Shown here one piece after another: positions 60,087 to 64,000 of a DNA stretch of 64,000 nucleotides. Every line of letters starts with the position of its first letter. Position 1 is the stretch's first letter. The notes below the pieces were generated by a model. That model saw nothing but the letters and a program-made list of their open reading frames with translations. It was not told the origin of the DNA and ran no database searches. This stretch comes from Candidatus Latescibacterota bacterium (GTDB lineage: Bacteria > Latescibacterota > UBA2968 > UBA8231), in the NCBI GenBank assembly GCA_965203175.1, contig OZ241867.1, positions 3,904,001 to 3,968,000 on the forward strand, read 5' to 3'. The position numbers and the translations under genes are program-made.

Positions 60087-61071
60087 AAATCCCGAGTGGC
60101 TGTTGTTGCTCCTGCTGTTGCCCGTCTTGCTCTACAGCTATGTGCGCACGCACCGGGGTCGCCAAAGCAGCGTGCAGTTTTCCGACCTCGGCGTGTTGCG
60201 CCGCGCCACAGCGTCGCTGTGGACCAAGCTCCGGCACGGCCTCCTCGTCTTGAAGATACTCGGCTTGGGCTGCCTCATCGCGGCCATGGCCCGTCCGCAA
60301 GCCGGGCGCGAGGTGCGGGAAATATCGGGCGAGGGCATCGACATTATGCTGACCTTGGACATCTCGTCGAGTATGGAGTTGAACGACCTAGACGAGGGCC
60401 AGAAGAGCCGCTTACAGGTGGCCAAGGAAGTGGTGGCCGACTTTATCTCCGGTCGCCACAGCGACCGCATTGGCATGGTCGTCTTTGCCGGCGAGAGCTT
60501 CACCCAGTGTCCGCTGACCCTCGACTATCGAGTGCTGTTGGAGTTTCTCCAGGGCGTGGAGATTGCCAGCGAGGAATGGGATGGCACGGCCATTGGCATG
60601 GCGCTGATCAACGCCTGCAACCGCCTGCGCGACTCGGATGCCGAGAGCAAGGTAATTATCCTGCTGACCGATGGAGTGAACAACGCCGGCGAGGTCGAGC
60701 CGTTGACCGCGGCTGAGGTAGCCGCGGCCGTGGGCATTCGGGTCTATGCGATTGGCGTGGGCAGCGACGGGGAGATTCGTCGGCCCGTGCGCGGGGTTTT
60801 CGGCACTCGCTATCAGACCGTTCAGGTGGAGATCGACGAGGAAACCTTACAGGAAGTGGCTGCGCGCACCGGCGGCCAGTACTACCGAGCGACTAGCGAG
60901 AAAAAGCTAGAGGCCATCTATCGCGAAATCGGCGAATTAGAGGCGACTGAGATCAAATCCGAAATCCACCTGAGCTACTCGGAGCGCTTCGCCTATTTTC
61001 TCTACATGGGCTTGGGCTTGTTGTTATTGGAGATGCTGTTGGCCCATACCCGTTTCCGCTCGCTACCCTGA
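60067..61071 (+). CDS. batA: BatA VWA domain protein
   Basis: RFENP N-terminus, LDISSSM MIDAS, GTAIG, LLTDG.NN, YAIGVG. Confidence 0.88.
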   Translation: MQNIRFENPEWLLLLLLLPVLLYSYVRTHRGRQSSVQFSDLGVLRRATASLWTKLRHGLLVLKILGLGCLIAAMARPQAGREVREISGEGIDIMLTLDISSSMELNDLDEGQKSRLQVAKEVVADFISGRHSDRIGMVVFAGESFTQCPLTLDYRVLLEFLQGVEIASEEWDGTAIGMALINACNRLRDSDAESKVIILLTDGVNNAGEVEPLTAAEVAAAVGIRVYAIGVGSDGEIRRPVRGVFGTRYQTVQVEIDEETLQEVAARTGGQYYRATSEKKLEAIYREIGELEATEIKSEIHLSYSERFAYFLYMGLGLLLLEMLLAHTRFRSLP

Positions 61072-61077
61072 GTTTAT

Positions 61078-62103
61078 ATGCGCTTTGCGAACTTGTACAA
61101 TTTTTGGTTGCTGTTGCTGCTGCCCTTTCTGGCGGCCTTTTTTGCCTGGGCGCTCTGGGCGCGCCGCCGCGCCTTGGCGCATTTTGCCCGCGGCCCGCTA
61201 GCCGAGAAGCTAACCCGCAACCTGAATCGGGGCCGCCAAGTGGGCAAGCTCGTCCTATTGGGGCTGGGGACCTTCTTTGCGATCCTCGCACTGACTGGCC
61301 CCCAATTTGGCACCCAACTCGAAATGGCCGAGCGCAAGGGCGTGGACGTGATGCTGGTGCTCGACGTATCGCGCAGCATGCAGGCCGAGGACGTCAAGCC
61401 GAGCCGCTTGGCGCGGGCCAAATACCAGATTCGCGGCCTGTTAGACTTGCTACGAGGCGACCGGGTTGGGTTGGTCGTCTTTGCTGGTAAGGCCTTTGTC
61501 CAATGCCCGCTGACGACCGACTATGGTGCCGTGGAGTTGTTTCTCGACGTGCTGGACGCCGGAGCCATACCCGTCCAGGGAACGGCCATTGGCGACGCGG
61601 TGCGGCTGGCCGTGCGCTCGTTTGAGGAAGGCGAGGGCCAGCACAAGGCCGTCGTGCTGTTCACCGACGGCGAGGATCACGTGGGGCAGCCGCTGGCCGC
61701 GGCGCAGACAGCCGCCGCACAGGGCGTACGCATCTTTGCTTTGGGGTTGGGGACGCCTGCCGGCGAGCTTATCCCCACTGAGGAGGAGAGTGGCGGTGTG
61801 GGCTTTCACAAGGACCAGCGCGGCCAATACGTCAAAACTCGGCTCGACGAGAGCACCTTGCAGGACATGGCGCTGGAGACGGGGGGCGATTACTTTCGCA
61901 CTACCTTGGGCGGTGCGGAATTGGAAGCTTTATATGGCCAGATCGCCGAGATGGATCAGCGCGAAATCGGCTCTACCCGCCTCACCCGCTATCAGGAGCG
62001 TTTCCAATGGCCCTTATTACTGGCCCTTTGCTGTTTCTTTGCCGAGGCTTTCTTAGGCGATGCGCGGGTGCAGGCCCGCGAGTGGAAGGGACGGTTCGCC
62101 TAA
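61078..62103 (+). CDS. batB: BatB VWA domain protein
   Basis: LDVSRSMQAEDVKPSRL, PLTTDY, QGTAIG, FTDGEDH. Confidence 0.88.
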   Translation: MRFANLYNFWLLLLLPFLAAFFAWALWARRRALAHFARGPLAEKLTRNLNRGRQVGKLVLLGLGTFFAILALTGPQFGTQLEMAERKGVDVMLVLDVSRSMQAEDVKPSRLARAKYQIRGLLDLLRGDRVGLVVFAGKAFVQCPLTTDYGAVELFLDVLDAGAIPVQGTAIGDAVRLAVRSFEEGEGQHKAVVLFTDGEDHVGQPLAAAQTAAAQGVRIFALGLGTPAGELIPTEEESGGVGFHKDQRGQYVKTRLDESTLQDMALETGGDYFRTTLGGAELEALYGQIAEMDQREIGSTRLTRYQERFQWPLLLALCCFFAEAFLGDARVQAREWKGRFA

Positions 62104-62873
62104 TGGGTACACTGTGGGTCGTCTTGGGGATCTGGCTGGTCGTCTGCGGAGCGACCGTGGGCGATCCCGTGGCCAGCAAGAGCGCCGAGGCGCTGGAGCA
62201 CTACCAGCGCGGCGAGTACGATCAGGCCCTACAGCTCTACCGCGACGCCCTCCTCGACCGGCCCGACGCGCCCGAGCTACACTTCAACGTCGGGGACGCG
62301 CTTTTCAAGCGCGGCGAATACGACCAAGCCCTGCGGGAATTTGAGCGCGTGCTCAGCGCCGAGGAGCAGAAAATCCAGGCGCAGGCCCATTACAATATGG
62401 GTAATAGCTTCTTTCAGCAGCAGGCGTTTGAACAGGCCGTTGCCGCGTACAAGCAGGCGCTGGAGCTAGACGCTGACGACGAGGATGCAAAGGTGAACTT
62501 GGAACTGGCGCTGGAGAAATTGCAGGAGCAGCAACAGCAGCAACAACAGCAGGATTCGGAACAGGATCAACAGGACCAAGAGCAACAGCAGGATTCAGAG
62601 CAGAGTCAACAGAATCAAGATCAGCAGCAGGATTCAGAGCAGGATCAACAGGACCAAGATCAGCAACAGCAGCAAGATTCAGAGCAGGATCAACAGGATC
62701 AGCAACAGCAGCAAAGTGAACAGGACCAACAGCCGGAGGAGCAGCCCGCCGAGCAGCAGGCTATTAGCCCCGAGGAAGCTCAGCAGCTCATGGATGCACT
62801 CAAAAACCGCGAGTTGGAAGCTCAGCAGCGCCGATTTCGCGCGACTGGCAAGGCACAGGCTAGGGACTGGTGA
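62103..62873 (+). CDS. batC: BatC TPR protein with Gln-rich linker
   Basis: HYNMGNS, AYKQAL, AKVNLELA, Q-rich tract, ISPEEAQQLMDAL, terminal DW. Confidence 0.88.
   Translation: MGTLWVVLGIWLVVCGATVGDPVASKSAEALEHYQRGEYDQALQLYRDALLDRPDAPELHFNVGDALFKRGEYDQALREFERVLSAEEQKIQAQAHYNMGNSFFQQQAFEQAVAAYKQALELDADDEDAKVNLELALEKLQEQQQQQQQQDSEQDQQDQEQQQDSEQSQQNQDQQQDSEQDQQDQDQQQQQDSEQDQQDQQQQQSEQDQQPEEQPAEQQAISPEEAQQLMDALKNRELEAQQRRFRATGKAQARDW
62523..62731 (+). repeat. Gln-rich imperfect tandem repeat (QQQDSEQDQQDQ-type units)
   Basis: Repeated CAGGATTC(A/G)GA(A/G)CAGGATCAACAGGAC units. Confidence 0.85.
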
Positions 62874-64000
62874 AAGCGCGGCTGACTATACCGTTAGTGC
62901 TATGGGCGCTGGCGGCATCCAGCGTTGCAGCGGCGACGATTCAGTTCGAGGCGTCCGTCGATCGCACGCGCGCTAGCGAAGGTGAGCCGATTCGCCTGAC
63001 GATCCGCATCACCTCTGACGAACAATTGGGCCAGGTGACGCCAGCGTTCGATCTAAAGGATTTCCACGTTGAGGGGCCAGCCACTAGCACGCGAATGGAG
63101 ATGAGAAACACCAACATCACCTTCACCCGAGAGCTAGCATACGCCCTCTATGCCAAGCAGGCTGGCACCTTCACAATCGGCCCGCTCCAACTGGAAATGG
63201 GCGGTGAGTATTATCAGACCAAGCCCATTACCCTTGAGATCGTCCGCGGCACCAGCAGTGCACAAGCTGGCCAGGCAGAGAGTCCCATCTTTGTGTTGGC
63301 GCGCGCCGACCACGAGCGGGCTTACGTGGGACAGCAGGTCACCGTATCCTACGATCTGTTCTACCGCATCCAGCCGCGCAACGTTAGCTTCAACAAGCTG
63401 CCGACCTTTGTCGGGTTTTGGACCGAAGATCTCTTTATCGCCCAACAGTTAGATTCGCATCAGGAGGTGCGTGGCGGCGTGTCCTACAACGTCGCGCCAC
63501 TGCGCCGCGTGGCCCTTTTTCCCACCGGAGCGGGAACCCACGCCGTCGGCACGTTGGCTGTTTCCTGCGACATTCCTCAACAGCGCTCGCGCCGCGGCAG
63601 TACACTCGACGACTTTTTCGCTGGCGATCCGTTTTTTGGCCGCTCTCGCTCGGTGCTTCTGCAAAGCGAGGAATTACAAATCGAGGTGCTACCGCTGCCA
63701 GAGCAGGGCCGCCCCGAGGAATTTACCGGCGCGGTGGGGCGCTTCCAGCTCAGCGTCGAAGCCCAGCCGACTCAGGTTGCGGTCGGAGATCCGGTAACGC
63801 TGCGAGTGCTGGTCGAGGGCGAGGGCAACATGGCCGCGGTGCAGCCTCTGCAAGTAGATGCTGCCGCTGGCGTCAAGCTTTACGACCCCAAGGTCGAAGA
63901 GGAAGAGCGGATCACCAACGGCGTGTACGGGGGCCGCCGCCTCTTCGAGTACATCTTGATTCCCGAGCAGGGCGGCACCGTGAACATCCCGCCGTTGCGC
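62870..64000 (+). CDS. batD: BatD family protein (partial, runs off the window)
   Basis: Manual translation from GTG: signal peptide, FEASVDRT..GEPIRLTI, AYVGQQV, GFWTE, FTGAVGRF, VGDPVTLRV..GEGN. Confidence 0.88.
   Translation, partial: MKARLTIPLVLWALAASSVAAATIQFEASVDRTRASEGEPIRLTIRITSDEQLGQVTPAFDLKDFHVEGPATSTRMEMRNTNITFTRELAYALYAKQAGTFTIGPLQLEMGGEYYQTKPITLEIVRGTSSAQAGQAESPIFVLARADHERAYVGQQVTVSYDLFYRIQPRNVSFNKLPTFVGFWTEDLFIAQQLDSHQEVRGGVSYNVAPLRRVALFPTGAGTHAVGTLAVSCDIPQQRSRRGSTLDDFFAGDPFFGRSRSVLLQSEELQIEVLPLPEQGRPEEFTGAVGRFQLSVEAQPTQVAVGDPVTLRVLVEGEGNMAAVQPLQVDAAAGVKLYDPKVEEEERITNGVYGGRRLFEYILIPEQGGTVNIPPLR

Noticed and set aside
62523-62731. Repeat array as CRISPR or contingency locus
   Set aside because: It is an in-frame Gln-rich linker typical of BatC, with no unique spacers or cas genes.

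Overview
Core-genome window of a moderately GC-rich bacterium. Protein style suggests an FCB/Latescibacterota-like lineage, but this is inference only. From left to right: a partial PhyH dioxygenase, a SulP transporter and zapA; a 2-hydroxyacid operon (FAD/Fe-S dehydrogenase, divergent Rid-like protein, FmdB zinc ribbon, LarA racemase); a minus-strand sbcD-sbcC-ygfZ operon ending in a catalytically degenerate DinB paralog; greA and three tRNAs; the rpmG-secE-nusG-rplKAJL-rpoBC-str-S10-spc-alpha superoperon; rlmD, a sigma54 activator with a pseudo-receiver, an atypical ClpX paralog and envelope TPR proteins; and a MoxR/Bat operon containing a GldA/GldF/GldG-DUF4340 ABC cassette. The most notable observations are: rplC (uL3) is cleanly missing from the S10 operon; a fingers-less, clamp-binding DinB pseudo-polymerase lies in an operon with SbcCD; tandem NrdR-like boxes overlap the zapA promoter; RpoB carries D516Q/S522D in the rifampicin pocket; and the Gld-ABC/Bat hybrid operon encodes a tandem-duplicated GldG. 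No mobile elements, CRISPR arrays or rRNA genes were seen. All calls come from manual motif recognition; no database searches were run.
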